Assembly (NCBI RefSeq): GCF_001194135.2
Contig: NC_068995.1
Span: forward strand, 30,745,779 to 30,809,778
Origin: Octopus bimaculoides
Taxonomy: Eukaryota
DNA length: 64,000 nucleotides
Direction of reading: 5' to 3'
Positions 25,632 to 40,608 of the stretch are shown here, one piece after another; position 1 is the first letter of the stretch; the number at the start of each line of letters is the position of its first letter. Under the pieces are notes generated by a model. It saw only the letters and a list, made by a program, of their open reading frames with translations, did no database searches and was not told the DNA's origin. A program made the translations under genes and the position numbers.

Positions 25632-28600
25632 GTAATGAGTAAATTGTTACCATTTATATTTTTAATTTTGTGCATGTGCATCGTTTGCTTTTGGCTAAGG
25701 TTTCAATATTTACCTGAAAGAATTGACAAGAAAGCCAATCTAATGTATTTACTCACAAAAACTATGATATAGTTTACACAAGATAAATCTGGATACACAT
25801 TTTAGTGGTATTGATGAAGAACTAGTCTTTGAATGTATTCATGCTACATTCCTCACAAAAACATTTGGTAGTTACTTCCAGACATGGTGTGTGGAATGTG
25901 TCGACCATTTCAATTAACCATTGTAAACAACTTACACATGCAAGTGCTACCAGTCAAGAACTCCACATACCAGCAGCCAGCAAGTGCATGGGGTCATCAG
26001 GAGAGAATGCACGCCGTTTCGAAGCCTACTTTTTGATGGCATCAATGCGCACCAGCCCCACTCACTGATATGAGGCCATGCTTGCTAGATCAACTGGTTA
26101 AGTTAATTAGTTCTTTAGAATTTCACATTAAAGTCATACAAATATTTCAAAAAGAAATTTTTTTTCTACTTGAGCCAATTGCATCACCATCCATGGCAAT
26201 TATTCTATCACAATAACAATATTAAAGTAATGATTTTATTAATAATAATCTTATAGTAACGATTCTAGTAATAATACTGTAGTAATGATTCTAATAACAA
26301 CACTAATGATTCTATTAATAACACTAAAAAACGATTCCTATAGCAACAATACTAACATAATGATTCTAAACAAGTAAAATATGTTGACTTACCTTGCGTT
26401 CTAAATGTCTGTCTAGTCTTGCTAATGCTTCTGATTCTCCACCATGAAAATGTGCCAAGTCAAGGCCTTCTGTCTCAAACCCTACAAGAAATAAATATAA
26501 AACTTTATATCAGAAGAAAGTTGGTTTCCATTCCATAAATACATAGAAAGTGCTCAGTAAGTGTTAAACCTCTATGGGAAAGTTGAATAACATTTTTTTT
26601 TAAATGCAACCAAGAATAATCCATCTAAAAGATAGCAACATCGACTTCATTGTAGATATCCTTCAAATCAAATCAAAGTAATCTAACAAGCTTTAAAGTA
26701 TTTTTTTTATCATTTTAACATATGAATCTATGTATTTAAAACATATTATGAAACTGGGAAAGAAAGATAATTATAAATAAAAACTAACCAAGATCTTCTA
26801 ATGTTGGAACTCCATATTTGTCATCATGATCACTGGAAAGTGGTGTTTGACAATTTCCCCAATCACTGGCAGTAATAATATCTAATGGTTTTGGTGGCAT
26901 TTTCATATTTTCTAGAATTTTCTGAAATTTGTTGTATGTTAAAGGTGGTCGACCACCATTTAAATCAAGGATCCTGAGAGAGAACAAAAGAACAAAGTTA
27001 AATTAATTTAAAATTAAATTAAATAAAATGGCTTTCAACATAGGTCTGATTAATTAGGGCCAGATCTTTGAACATAGGTTTCATTAATTAGGACTGAGCT
27101 TTGATTGCAGAGATGTGCTTAATTAGGAGTTATTTTTCAACAGATCATTTTTAATAAGGTGTGACATTTGAACAGAGGGATACGTAAAGAGGACTAATTT
27201 TTCAACATAGGAGACTTTTGAACACAAGGTCTCCTTAAATTGAACAGAGCTGGATTGAACAACAGAGAGGGAGCTTCAATATAGTCACCGAACCTGCTAG
27301 AAACAACAGTTAAATATTTCAAATCCCACTATCATTTTCAAAAAAATGAAATAGTTCAGTCATTTGTGCTATATATCCAATCCCTTATATTGCTTTAAAT
27401 TGTGCAAATTTAAGTGAGGAAATAAATATTTTATAGAACAGAAAACACTTATTACTAAGGACAAAATGAACTGCCATCTGAAAGACCTGCATAATTTACA
27501 AAAGAGAGATAACCAGATAAACTGCAAGTAAATTGCAATAGAATGGCTTTTCTCCACTTGTCTTAAATTGAAGCTTGTATTTCATCAGCTTTCAAAGAAA
27601 ATTTGCAATACCTCTGCCAAACATCTTTCATCAGAGTGATACAAAGAAATAACATGGTTTCATCGAGTTGTTTAAAAGCTGCTGTCTGTGAACATTACAT
27701 TAAAAGAAGTATTTGACAACTGTATTTAATAAAAAATAGAAAAGAATAATATTATCGCTAGCAGTAACTACTGTCAAGTACTTACATCATAAGATCTCCA
27801 TATTCTGGAGACAAAGCATCCACGGGTGTGGGTGGGTGGGTGTGTGTGTGCATGCATGTATGACTGCTTAAATTCTGCAATGAGCTGATCTATGAACACT
27901 GATGTTTATTTACTTTCCTCTGACAACAAATCAGGGAGTTCAAAGGGCTTTCAAAGTGGAATGAAAACTCCCTTATTTGAAAAACAGATAAGAATTGGCT
28001 ATTAACAGGAAGACCATCGGGCTTCAAAACAATGCTTCAACAGTATGTATAAATCTAAACCATGTTAGCATGGGAAAACAAATGTAAAAAGAACAAATGT
28101 ATATAAATATGTATATGTTTATATTTATATACACACACACAGAAACATATTACACTGGGGTCCATATTTTAAGAAAGACTAAAAAAAATACATGAATAAA
28201 TGTGAATGGTACTAACTTTTGAGATTCATATAATGTGTGGCAGGTTCTAATGATCACTTCAACACCAGCCTCTCTTGCTAACGTACAGATGGCATTATCA
28301 CGGTCTTTTCCAAATGGCTCAGGATCATCTTCAAAAGATAGTGTGTTGATATTCCATTCCTTAAAAAGAAAAGAGAAGAAAATACCAACAGGTATTACTA
28401 CAAATCCTGAAAAATGTGAAAGATTGATGGCGTTCTCAAAGATAGTAATGACATACAATACAACTGCACCATCCAGAGCCAATTTAAGATTTTGATAATC
28501 CCTGGGCTACACATGCTATGGTGATGCAGGTCTACAAGTACTACAAGACCCTTTGCTAGAGGTACTGTGATGACATTGGACTACCTATACATACCGAGGG

Positions 28601-30267
28601 ACTAGCGGGGCAGGGGTTTCTAAACATCGGGCTACAGACCAATACCGGGCTGTAAATCATTTGGGTACTGGGCAACACAGAAAGAATAAGTTCTTAGATT
28701 CTATTTCATTTTATTTATTATTGCAATCTGCAGGGTGTTTTGGCATTATACACTTTATTGGGTTTTGTATTGTGTACTAAGAGCACTTTGGGTCACATGT
28801 ACAGCTGTGACCCTCAGTGATATTTTCAAAATAACTTTTCACATAATCCCTGAAGCACTTTGAGCTACAGCCCCTAAACTAATACCTTAATCTAGCATTT
28901 TTAACAACTCAGAATCAAAACAAGGTCACAAACTCAGTTCAACAAGAGTATCTATATACACTCTTCTAACATATATAAAGTACACACACAAATTTTGGCT
29001 GACCTCAATTCCCATCACCATCTTGAGTGAACGGATCACAATTGTAATAATTAAAAATAAGCTTTAAATTCCATACAAATGGTATTTGAACTTTTTGAGC
29101 AGGGGAACTATTCTTTCACTGCCTTTCCATACCATATCATAGATTTCATGATGTAAATTATATTAAATCAATAAATGCAAGGTCCAATAGTTTGTTTTCG
29201 AATAAAATACTAATTCTGGCAGTCTAATAACAAAGAACAAGTAAAATGTGCAAGAAGGAAAAATACATCTCCACGGGGTTCATTTTGAAAGTGCATTTAT
29301 ATCTAAGTTTCAATCTCACATAAAGCTGTCCTATTCTTTATATTTCTCAATTTTTATACATGTCAGCAATTTTACAAATTTGGCATCCACCACCATCATC
29401 ATCTTCCAGTTCAGATTCAATGTCAGTCTCCACTAATTAAGCTGACATGTCAGACTCCAATCATCAATGCAGTTGCTTGAGTTGTTTCTATTTTTATCCA
29501 CAACAGAGATAAGCTAATCACACCAGAGAAAATAGAAACATATAATCACTGCCTGCAGCTAATCATATTTCTGAAATATCACTCCAGCTGATTGCTTTAC
29601 AAAACAAAACACTGCTAATCTCTAAATCCTCACTAGTGGTTCATTCTCTGAATTTTACTGTCCCTCCTTTTCCATGACTGCTAGAATTATAGGGAGACAC
29701 CAGAAAGAAAAATATTTAAAGTCATGGATATGGTAGATTATTCTTAGTAAGCCTTTCATTGATGACATATTCATGTATGTCTTAGGCAAGTCAACTTATC
29801 ATATCTTCTCAAAGTAATATACAGTTCATAAGCTGTTGAATTCAGTATTAATTGCATTACTGCTTATAGCAATGAGATTTTCTTACCTATAATACGCATT
29901 GAGATAGGTGGACTGAGCCTGTTGAAAATTTTAAAGCTTTTGCTCCAGGAAAATGCAGTGTTGGTAACAGGATATAAATCACTAATCAATCAGATAGTTT
30001 TCCAATAGCCTATCAACACCCTCAAGATGATGGAGATTATGGTGGTGGCTGCATAATTACCACACCTGCCACCAACAGCAACACTGTTTCAATGTCTGTC
30101 ATTCCATACCCCTATGTGTTTGATGGGTTTGCAGCACAGCAAACTCCCTCTCATCTGTAATATCTGGCCTCACCATTTTCTCACTGATCTTCCTGTCATA
30201 TACAAAGTTTTTCCAAGCATCACCATTTTACAAATACACTCTAAGATGCTCAGAAAGTAAGCTCATG

Positions 30268-30298
<31 letters not shown>

Positions 30299-33200
30299 AC
30301 ACACACACACAAACCACATGTAGGGTGTCCACAAATTATCTTTACAACTTCCACAATGTATATGTACACACGCTCACACATTTTACTAATAGAGCTGCAA
30401 TTTTCCTTTTATTAATATTGTTATTTTTAATTGAAAATTAGACATTAATTTGGAAGTCATTACTAACTTTATTTTAAGCAAGAGCAAAGGCTGATGGAAA
30501 GGTCCAAACAGATTTATGCACAAACAATTTTGATTTAGAGAAGATATCTACCATCATCTGCCTATCCCTACCATTACCATCATCTACCATCATCATTTGT
30601 GAATATTTAAAATCTAGACCAATGGTTCTTAAACTTTTTTGGACTGCTGCCCACTTGGCACTCAGGTCACATTCCCAGTGCCCCTACTCCTAACTCATCA
30701 CCACAAACACAGAGCATTTTCTGCAGTAAATTCAAAACAATAGTATTTCACAAATAAAACTTAACTTAATTAACCAATTATTTTGTTGTTTTTACATCCA
30801 CTGCCCCCTTTTGGCCACCCCTTTATCACCTCACTTTTCTTCAATGTCTCCCTGGATCTTTCCACTTCAGGAACCACTGTTCAAGACTATCGTATGATAG
30901 ATTAGATTGCAAAAGAATATATATCATCCAGTTATTTCAATAATTTAAAAAATTATTGTAATATTTATCAAAGTTTGCAATACTTAAAGACCTTTCTAAA
31001 TATTTACACTTCAGTAAAATATATAGAATCAATTAATTGATCTTGTATCATTAGAAGTATCTCTGGAAAGGTGATCAGCTCCACTAACTACTAAAAAATA
31101 AAGAAATAGCAGTTGTAACAATTATGTAATTTCAAACAGTATTTAGTAAAATCAGCAAAATAGCTGTCACTTGGAATTGAACCTAAATAGCAAAATTTGA
31201 TTCATCAGGAACTACCATTTATACTTCAACTCTCAACATATGTAGTTAATTGGCAATACAGAATGTAGAGTCATAAGATTTTAAATCTAAAAGCCAAATG
31301 TTACTCAACATCCTTATTGTCAAGGTCCCTTATGTTGTGTTAATCCTTGTCACATAAAAGCTTCAGAATGAAACAATGCCATAAAACCAAGAAACAAAAA
31401 GAGATTTAAGTCTGCTGTAATACAATAAACTTTGAAACAGATAAAAAGGACAATAAGTAAACTTTAACCAGAATAAAGATGAAAAAATAGCAAAAATATG
31501 ATTATAATCTTATTGTTTATATTTTTTCCTGTTTTGTATTTTTTATCTATTAATAATTTACAGTACAGTTTATTGGTGAACAGCAAGAACTAAGCTGTGA
31601 CTAACCCAATTTCACTTTACTCGGGCTGTTAATGCTCTTCAAAAATTCAATAAAAACACAGCTCGTAATACTTCCTATTTTCTCTAAAACAAAGACGTTG
31701 CACCTATTTTAAAAAACAGAACAATTCATAATTTAAGTATTTACTTTATTCTAAAATATTTATTCGCCAAGAGTAAATATCAGTGTAAAAGTTATGCTTT
31801 AATCAATATGATCATAGAGCTAAGCTTTGAATCCAGTTGTAGCCATTTCACTTCAACTTCTTTGGCCATCAAAAAGATAAAATATTGAAACTAGCTGCTC
31901 AGAAGTTAGTTCTTCTGCAGATGATTTGGTACAATTTAAGATAGGGAGAAGTGGTTTATTTTTCGTAGTTACATTTCACCTAACAGTAGGAAAAAATACA
32001 AAATCATCACAGAATGTGACTTGTAATGTTACTTTCCCATTTAGATGTTTGATCTTTATTTTTTGTAAAATCACTAACAAGGAAAGGTATTCTTTATTCC
32101 TTTAAAAATATCAAGCATTTAGTGTCTAAGATATTATATTTTCAGGTAAAATATTGGTGCAATAATTTTACATGGCTTTCAGTTTGTTAAAATTTTGTGT
32201 AGATCATTTAGGAATTTTACCTGAAATGGGCAACATGGGCGATTTAGATTTCAAAATAAACTTACTTTAAATAGCTGAGGAAACATATTAGCAGGTTGTC
32301 CACGGATTACAAACAAACGGGAATTTAATTTCCGTAATGAATCATCCAAATCTTCCAGGCAATTCAATAGAAATCTGGAAAAAAAAATTTATTATAATCA
32401 ATGAACAATCAGTATTGATAATATTTGAACAAAAATATTCATTAAAGATTGGAAAAATGTGCAGAAAAAGATAGAACAGGGAGTTACATTCCACCAATCT
32501 AGTTAGTGCTTTATATGGTTCAAATATCAGCACAAGGCCAGCAAGTTCAGAGGAGGGAATGAGTTGATTACATTGACCCCAGTGCTGAACTGGTACTTAT
32601 TTCATTGACCTCAAAAGCATGAAAGGCCAAGTCAACCTCGGCAGAATTTGAACTCAAAACGCAAAGACAAACAAAATGCTCCTCATGTAACAAAAGTTAC
32701 ATGAGGAGATGAAGGCATATCTTGAATTTTTTTTTTCCTTAGAGGGTTTCTGCAGGTAACAATTTACAGAAACTACTACAATTTACAGCTCAGACAGGAA
32801 ACTGATATCCAGGAATCAATATCTTGTCAAAATATACGAAAACACCTACATGTAACTAAACTGTATTCAACCTACCTGGGCAAGGTGATGATGACATGAC
32901 AACAAGTAAAAATTATTCACAATGTACACCAACAATCATGATATTCTATCACCAAATTCATGCAATAGTTATATTTTCATTATTTTTATAATGGACTAAT
33001 TTTGATACATTTCATCAAAATTTCTGATTTCTAACAGGGCTGGGAGATACACATAATATATATTATGCTTATTAATTCATTTTGCAGGATTCCTGATGTG
33101 AAATCATGTGTTGAAACAGATATTGTTGTATTTCAGGATGGTCATTTTTTTTTTTTTTTTTTGCCAAATAAGCAGACACACTATATATTTTTTCTTCACT

Positions 33201-33390
33201 CGTTTATTGCTGTTCTTATTTTATTATTTTAACTCGTGTCCATTGCCTGGAAATTTTTCATCACACATCTGTGATCTCTTCAGCGACAATGGACACGAGT
33301 TAAAATAATAAAGTGAGAACAGTAATAAATGAGTGAAGAAAAAATATATAGTGCATGTTTATTTCGCAAAAAAAATGACCATCCCGAAAT

Positions 33391-33442
<52 letters not shown>

Positions 33443-36400
33443 TTCTCCTAAACTACTAACATGCTAAGCACTTCAAACCACTGGTAATGAACCTCATTCT
33501 TTTAATTCTCCCACATGTAAACATTTTCATTTCACCTATATCACTAAAGGAAAGCAAAAACGTACCCTATTGCCATTTGCAGCTAAATGAAAGTCCAGAA
33601 GAAATTAATTGGTATCCCCACATTACAGAAGTGATGTATCCTTGAATTCCACATTACATCAAAATTTTTATGAATACAACACAAGAATTATGTATAATAG
33701 CGCCATAGTTATCCAAACAGATTCCATGACATCAGATAGTTATGCAAACACTAGGACTCCAGTTTGTTTCATACAATTGTTCCTTTTGCTTATGTTTTAA
33801 GTTTTCACATTTCAAAACAATAACTTATTCTATTATTTAGGTCTTGAGGAAGAGGTGGTGACATGGTCATTACAGGTCAACCAACACCAAAGAGATTGAG
33901 GTTATTAACATGCTGTTTAAACTGCTATGAGCTAACATCTGCAGGAAAGATATGTGCAAGGTTTGGAGATGGACATAACATGGGCGATGGGAAGAGGAGA
34001 GATGAAAGAGTCAACATGAAACTAACCAACTCCAAAAAGCAGAGACCACTATTGTAACAATCAACAGAGAGAGGAAACATTATTTCTGTGGGCCAAATGT
34101 TACACAATGCCTAATTGACTTCAGGATTATCAGTCAAAGATGTTGGTGTGTATAACAGTAGCAACACCGTCCCAACGTGGGAACAGTACTTTTTTATAAT
34201 GAAACATTAGGAATTGTATTTAAAAAATTGTTCAAATATTTTGGGTACTGGAGAAGTATAATCAATTTATTGCAGATACATTTTAACAACAAAATCTTAT
34301 GTGGACCCTGGTTGAGAACCACTACTCTAGTGTCATTAAATACTCATATACTATGGTTCATTCAGTTGGTTCCAGTTCTCTCTTGTACAACTGTAATTAT
34401 CATCATAATCATTCGACATTTGATAGCTTCAAGCAGATTTCTACTGCATCACCTGCTACACCTCCATATTGCTGAAGTGTATGCAGTATTGTGTGTTCTT
34501 TTTTGTTGTTGGGAAAGTGCAAACTCTTCCCGTTATTGTATTGCAGCCATTTGTTTTGTTATGCGGTTTGGTTGCATTAGTGTTTGTACTGTGTGTTGTG
34601 TGTGTAACAGGAGTTGAGATCCTAAAACCAAGGTGCCACATAAAAAACATTGGTGAGGGTGCTGGTGCCATATAAAAAGTACTGGTGTCATGTAAAAAGC
34701 ACTGGTGATGGTGCCACATAAAAATCACCCAGTACACATTGTAAAGTGGTAGGCATTAAGAAGGGCATCCAAGAATCCAAGCCAAAACAGACTATGGAAC
34801 CTGGTGCAGCCCCTGGCCTTGCCAGTTCCTGTCAAGCCATCCAACCCATGCTAGCATGGAAAACAGGTGTTAAAAGTTGGTGGTGATGATGAATGGTCAA
34901 GATATTCAGTTTCAGTTACACAATATTAATCAAATGTATTTTGTTATTGCAAGACATCTCTGTCATCAATAGTCAACAGGTAACCACTATGGTTTTAGTT
35001 ACACAATTTTTTTATAGTTATCATAATCTAGTCCAGGAGTCTAGAAACTAGAAAGTCTATCCCAGCACTACAACTTGACAACTTCCAACAAACTAAGTGG
35101 TAAAGTATTGTGAAATATTTTCTCAAAAATATTTTATTTAGGTCAGCAGCTATAAATAATAATGATATAACAAAATATAATTTTAAACAAAATTGTAGCA
35201 CCACCATCCCATGGTTTAGTGTAGTGATTCTATGTCAAAAATGCAGCAAGTATTTGTAAATTATAGTGTATGATGGGGAGGAGTTGATACAAATGATTTT
35301 AAAGCAGCAGATTAAGTGACTTAAGCCTACTCAGTGTTTGGCTGGCTGCCTCTAAAAATGTTACCACTAACCTGGTCTTCTCTCCAGTAAAATATTGGTT
35401 TCAAATTTTGGTACAAGGCCAGCAATTTTACAGGAGGGGATAAGTTGATTACATCAACCCCAGTGTTCAACTGATACTTATTTTATCCACACCAAAAGGA
35501 TGAATGAAGGCAAAGATGACCTTGGCAGAATTTGAACTCAGAATGTAAGGACAAACGAAATGTCACTAAGCATTTTGCCTCATATGCCAGCTCGCTTCCA
35601 GTAAAATATTAAAGCTGGTTGAATTATCTAACTCCTCTCATAAAAAAAAACTTACAATCATAACTTTCCTGTTGGTTTGCATTTTTTAAACTTGATTTCT
35701 CAAAATAAACTTATCCTTTTCTTTTAATAAATCTTTTGATACCAACTTGCCTGAGGCTGCTGTGGTTGTACAACATGAATTTCATGATTTAAAAAGTAAG
35801 CTAAATTAAAACATACCAGCAAACTTACATTACAAAGTAATTTTACTAAATTCTTCTTTGTTAACGCAGTACAGCTGTAAAAACAGCAGAAACATTGGAT
35901 ATATTTTTTTCCTGTCTGAAGGGTAATAATACCCAATCTTTCTGCCGTTTTCATGGTTATATTGCATTCAAAATATTACCTTCTTGTCTGTATAATACAA
36001 TACATATTCAATGCTTCTAAAAACAAAATAAAAAGGCAGTATATTCCAACAGAAAACATGGGAACATAAAGGCCAATTTTTCACACTGAGAAAGGTACCA
36101 CTAATTGTTAAGGTTGTGATTTTGGAAAGATTTCACTGCCCTGTTGACTAGTAATTAAGCTGCATATTCATTATGCAGATAACATGACTTGCAAACAATA
36201 ACACCACCACTGTAATTAAAACACTAATTAACACAATTAGAATTTCACTTCGTTAGTTGAGAAATACATTTATTTTATCTTCTTTGTTATGGACAGGCAA
36301 TGTAGAGTTCAAAACCCAATTTCAGTTCTTGAGTTTTACTTCACAACACTTAAGAACCACTAATAGTTTCTCCCTTCCTTTAGTTGATGAATTTAATTAA

Positions 36401-37165
36401 TCACTAAGTGATAGCAGCCAAATTTCTTTCAAATCACACCTATCTTTCTTAAAACATGAAAAGAAACATTAGACAATAGAGTTCAAATAGTGTGTCTGAG
36501 AGAAAAAAGATAGGATGGTCACAAACTGGAACACCTTTGACAGTAAGTGAGGTCTGTTCCATCAGTGTTGGACCTGGACACACATTTCTTTTTAGCCATA
36601 ATTTTCAAAAGGGACCCAATGCTTAAAGTGTGAAAATCACTCTTAAATATTGTTTCCATATTATCACATTTCTTTTTTCTTCTAAAGCAAAAGAAAAACA
36701 TAAAAATTTCATACTATTTTGAAGTTGTAAGGTAGAAAGAAGTAACTAGTAAAAAAAAAATTCATAATTCAGTGGCCAAGTTGGATTTGGATGAAGAAAA
36801 GTCCCTACCAATTTCCCACAATGGCATATATATATNNNNNNNNNNNNNNNNNNNNNNNNNNNNNNNNNNNNNNNNNNNNNNNNNNNNNNNNNNNNNNNNN
36901 NNNNNNNNNNNNNNNNNNNNNNNNNNNNNNNNNNNNTATATATATATGCCCTAACTCTTCGAAATGCTTAGTTTAGAATAGGGGCAGCTGATGAAGGAAA
37001 TATTCTCTATGTGGCCTGTTTGTTTTCTGTGCTCTGTTCATGTTCTGTTTTTCATTTTGTCCACGTTTTTTTTGTGACGTCCTGTACCCAGATATGCATC
37101 TATAAATACATGTAGATGTAGGTATGTACATACATGTACGTTTATATGCATATACTCACATATTT

Positions 37166-37211
<46 letters not shown>

Positions 37212-37617
37212 TAAAATATAATATACTCCATGATCGAAACTGCAGTTTTCATGGGTGTAAAGGATAAATATGCATCACATTCAGCTGTATATTTTTGGGA
37301 GTACAGTTGAATATTAGTTATGTGATGACACTTGATCGCATACGTATTTGATCCTAGCACTCACAAATTTATAACTCGGAGTATCACACTGAGGAGAATA
37401 ATAGGTGAATATAATTTACATTAAATTTGAAACGCGTCTGTGATTAACCGAAGTCGTGTGGATTCATCATTTTTCTTTTTACCTACATATAAAAGTGTGT
37501 TGTCTCAGAGATTTCTATGGTAGTTGAAAAGACATTAGTGTCTATTTCTAATTCAGTACATGGCAAGGCACTTAGCTGACCTCTGATTATAATTATGTAT
37601 ATAATCATAGAATATTT

Positions 37618-37655
<38 letters not shown>

Positions 37656-38043
37656 CACCCTACACTTCAGTCTGTCAAGCCTGCATAGATAAATACATTG
37701 ATGAGTGAGTAGTTGTGAGTGTACTAATGACGTCGTAATGTACGTCAAATACTAACACAGCGCGGTCACAAACTTATTCAGGTTTCAGTTAATCTAAGAA
37801 AACCTGTTTTGGTTTTTCAATTTCATATCTATTTTTGAAGAACTTTTGACAAACAGTGGAACGAGTCGTTAAGTGTGTGTGCGTGTATTTTCTTTTGCTT
37901 GCGTCAGCCATTAGACTGCAGCTCTGCTGGGGGAACAGCTTTAAGCCTGGTACTTATTCGACTGGTTTCTTTTGCCAAACCGCTAAGTTGTACGTATGTA
38001 CGTGTGGTGCCCTCTGGCTATGGCCGTTAATACAAGGCAATAA

Positions 38044-38098
<55 letters not shown>

Positions 38099-40567
38099 CA
38101 ATGCGTCTCAGAGCTGCTGATGTCCCCTCCCTCCCAAAGACATGGTACCTCCCCTTTCTCTCTCACACTACCACCAGCTGACATTTTTCTCTCCCTGACA
38201 ATTCCTAGTCGTTGCTTTGAAGCTATTTCTCATTAGTATTTCTATTTACCTTTAATCTAAAATACCTGTAATTAAGGACTTAAAGTAAATATAATCATCA
38301 GGTATAGGCGTGGCCACTGAACGTCATGACCAAGGAAAAGAGCATAGAATTGGGTGGGGTTCCCTGAATCCTTGTTTCCCCGTTTCATGCAACAGCGCTT
38401 ACAATTCTGAATATTTTTCCAAACATTTCAATTTTTATATTTTTCCCTACCCCATCATCATCAATTCCGTGCCCTTTTCCTTTCCCATGAAGTAGCAATA
38501 GCCATTCCAAAACTCCGCCCTTAATTCAAAACCCCTAAAGTAAAATGTATGAAGACCATAACTTCCTAACTTTATAGTGCTTATTATAGAAAATAAATCC
38601 TAATATGAGAGGGAGAAAACGGAGAGAAATTAAGAGTTTTCAGAAGAAAAAAAAAATCAAGAACAAGACAGCTAAATGCCATAAAAATCTATAAAACAAA
38701 ATATGGCAAATATGACATTAACTGAGCTTTCAAGTTAATACTTGAAAGCTCAGTTAATGTCATATTTGCCATACTGAGATAAAAGGAGGTCAGCACACAT
38801 CGACTTATTGCTGACATTAATCAACGAATTTTCCCACCATTGAAGTAGAAGGAAATAAGCGATGGAAAAGCCTTCAAAGAAATAAGTAAAAAAAATAAAG
38901 GTTTCAAATTATGGCAAAAGGCCAGCAATTTTTTTTAAAGGAGGGGTAAGTCGGTAACATTGACCCTAGCGGTACTTATCGACCTCGAAAAAATTAAAAG
39001 CAAAGTTTAACTCGGCAGAATTTGAAAAGCCGCTAATCATTTTGTCCGGTGCAGTAACGGTCCTGTCAGCACACAACCTTAATAGGAAAAACTAATAATA
39101 ATGATTTTTTTTTTTTTAACGATGATAATAGGAAGGAATTTCGTTAAAACAGAAGTTTTAAAAGTTCAATGTTAGGTAAAGTTAGAGAAGAAGGAATAAA
39201 AATAGCTGTAAATTTGTAAGTTGCAGATGGGTAAGTATTTTGAAATCGCTTAAACGGAATAAACTGATAATATATAAATGGGGGTGGGGCAAAATGAGGT
39301 AGTTTTACTTATTTTTGACTGAGACAATATATTTTTTTACAAATGTTCACTACCTTACAAAAACTATAACAGCTAAGCGAATGGCCTACCCTAAATGTAT
39401 TAACTGCAATTATAACATAATTTGATCAATATTTCAGAAAATTATCGCCGTTCTTTTTGGGCTGGACCAAAATGAGTAAGCCAAGATAAATTTGCCGTTT
39501 CAATTCTCCAGAAAAGAAACATGCAAATCCATATCCATCAGAAACGCAAAAAGAGAAAAAAAATAATAGCTAGGCAAAATGAAAGATGAAGGTTTTTAAT
39601 GGCACATGATACGAAATTAATGAAACTCGACTAAATAAAAAAAAAGAATTCAACATTAAATATTCTCTAAAGCTTCTTCACGATCTGCTGGAGTGTTCTC
39701 TTGGTGGTGTATTTAGCCATTACTCATTTTACCCCATTTTAGACGTCAATTTTTGAAACTTGAAAATTATCAAATTAGAAAAAATTGAGTTGGAATCCAA
39801 CAGAGAAAAGAATATTGATTGTTAAACACCATAAATTATCCAGGTATTTTATTACAATCAATTACAATTATCCAGATATTTTATTACAATCAATTACAAT
39901 CGGGCGGAGTAAAAAATTTCTTGAAGAAAGAGGACCTGCCACCTGATTTACGTTTCGGATTCCCTCAATTTCGACAACTATGCTGACAAATTTTTACTCC
40001 TAAATATAATGTAGCAATACAAAATAATGCAATACTTGCAATGTAATGATTTCAAATAGGCAGGGAAAAAAATAACGAGAAATCAAAAGCTACTCATTTT
40101 ACCCCGATTAGAAATTTTGCCTCCTCTTACCGTGCTCTAAAATAGAGAATATTTTATGCCTAAATAATTCAAACTGTGCATCAGATAGGCAAGTTGGATA
40201 AAAACTTAGGTAAACAGAAACTTTAAATATTGAATTTCACAGGAAAATTTATTCGAATCTAAGCGAAATATTCAAATTTCAGGGAAGAAAATGAAAGGCA
40301 AAGTAATAACATTCTTAAATATTGTAATAATTATCTAATCTATACCATTTAATCAATTTGACAATTTTTTTTCCATCGTATTTAATTAACCTAATTATTA
40401 ATTTGCTCTTAAGCGAAAAAAATTCCTACTACAAGTTCACCTATTTAGTATTTCTTGAGTATTCAGGGGTTTTTGTTTTGTGTGTTTTCACATTGGAGAT
40501 AAAGACAAATATCACAAGCACTTTTAACTCTCCCAGCTGTTTAGAAATATAGTTTATAATAGCTGAA

Positions 40568-40608
<41 letters not shown>

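Noticed and set aside
25936-26100. GC-rich island with a GTAAGT donor in intron 5, considered as exon 6
   Set aside because: No frame resembles the expected CRY segment, it contains stops, and the acceptor is poor.
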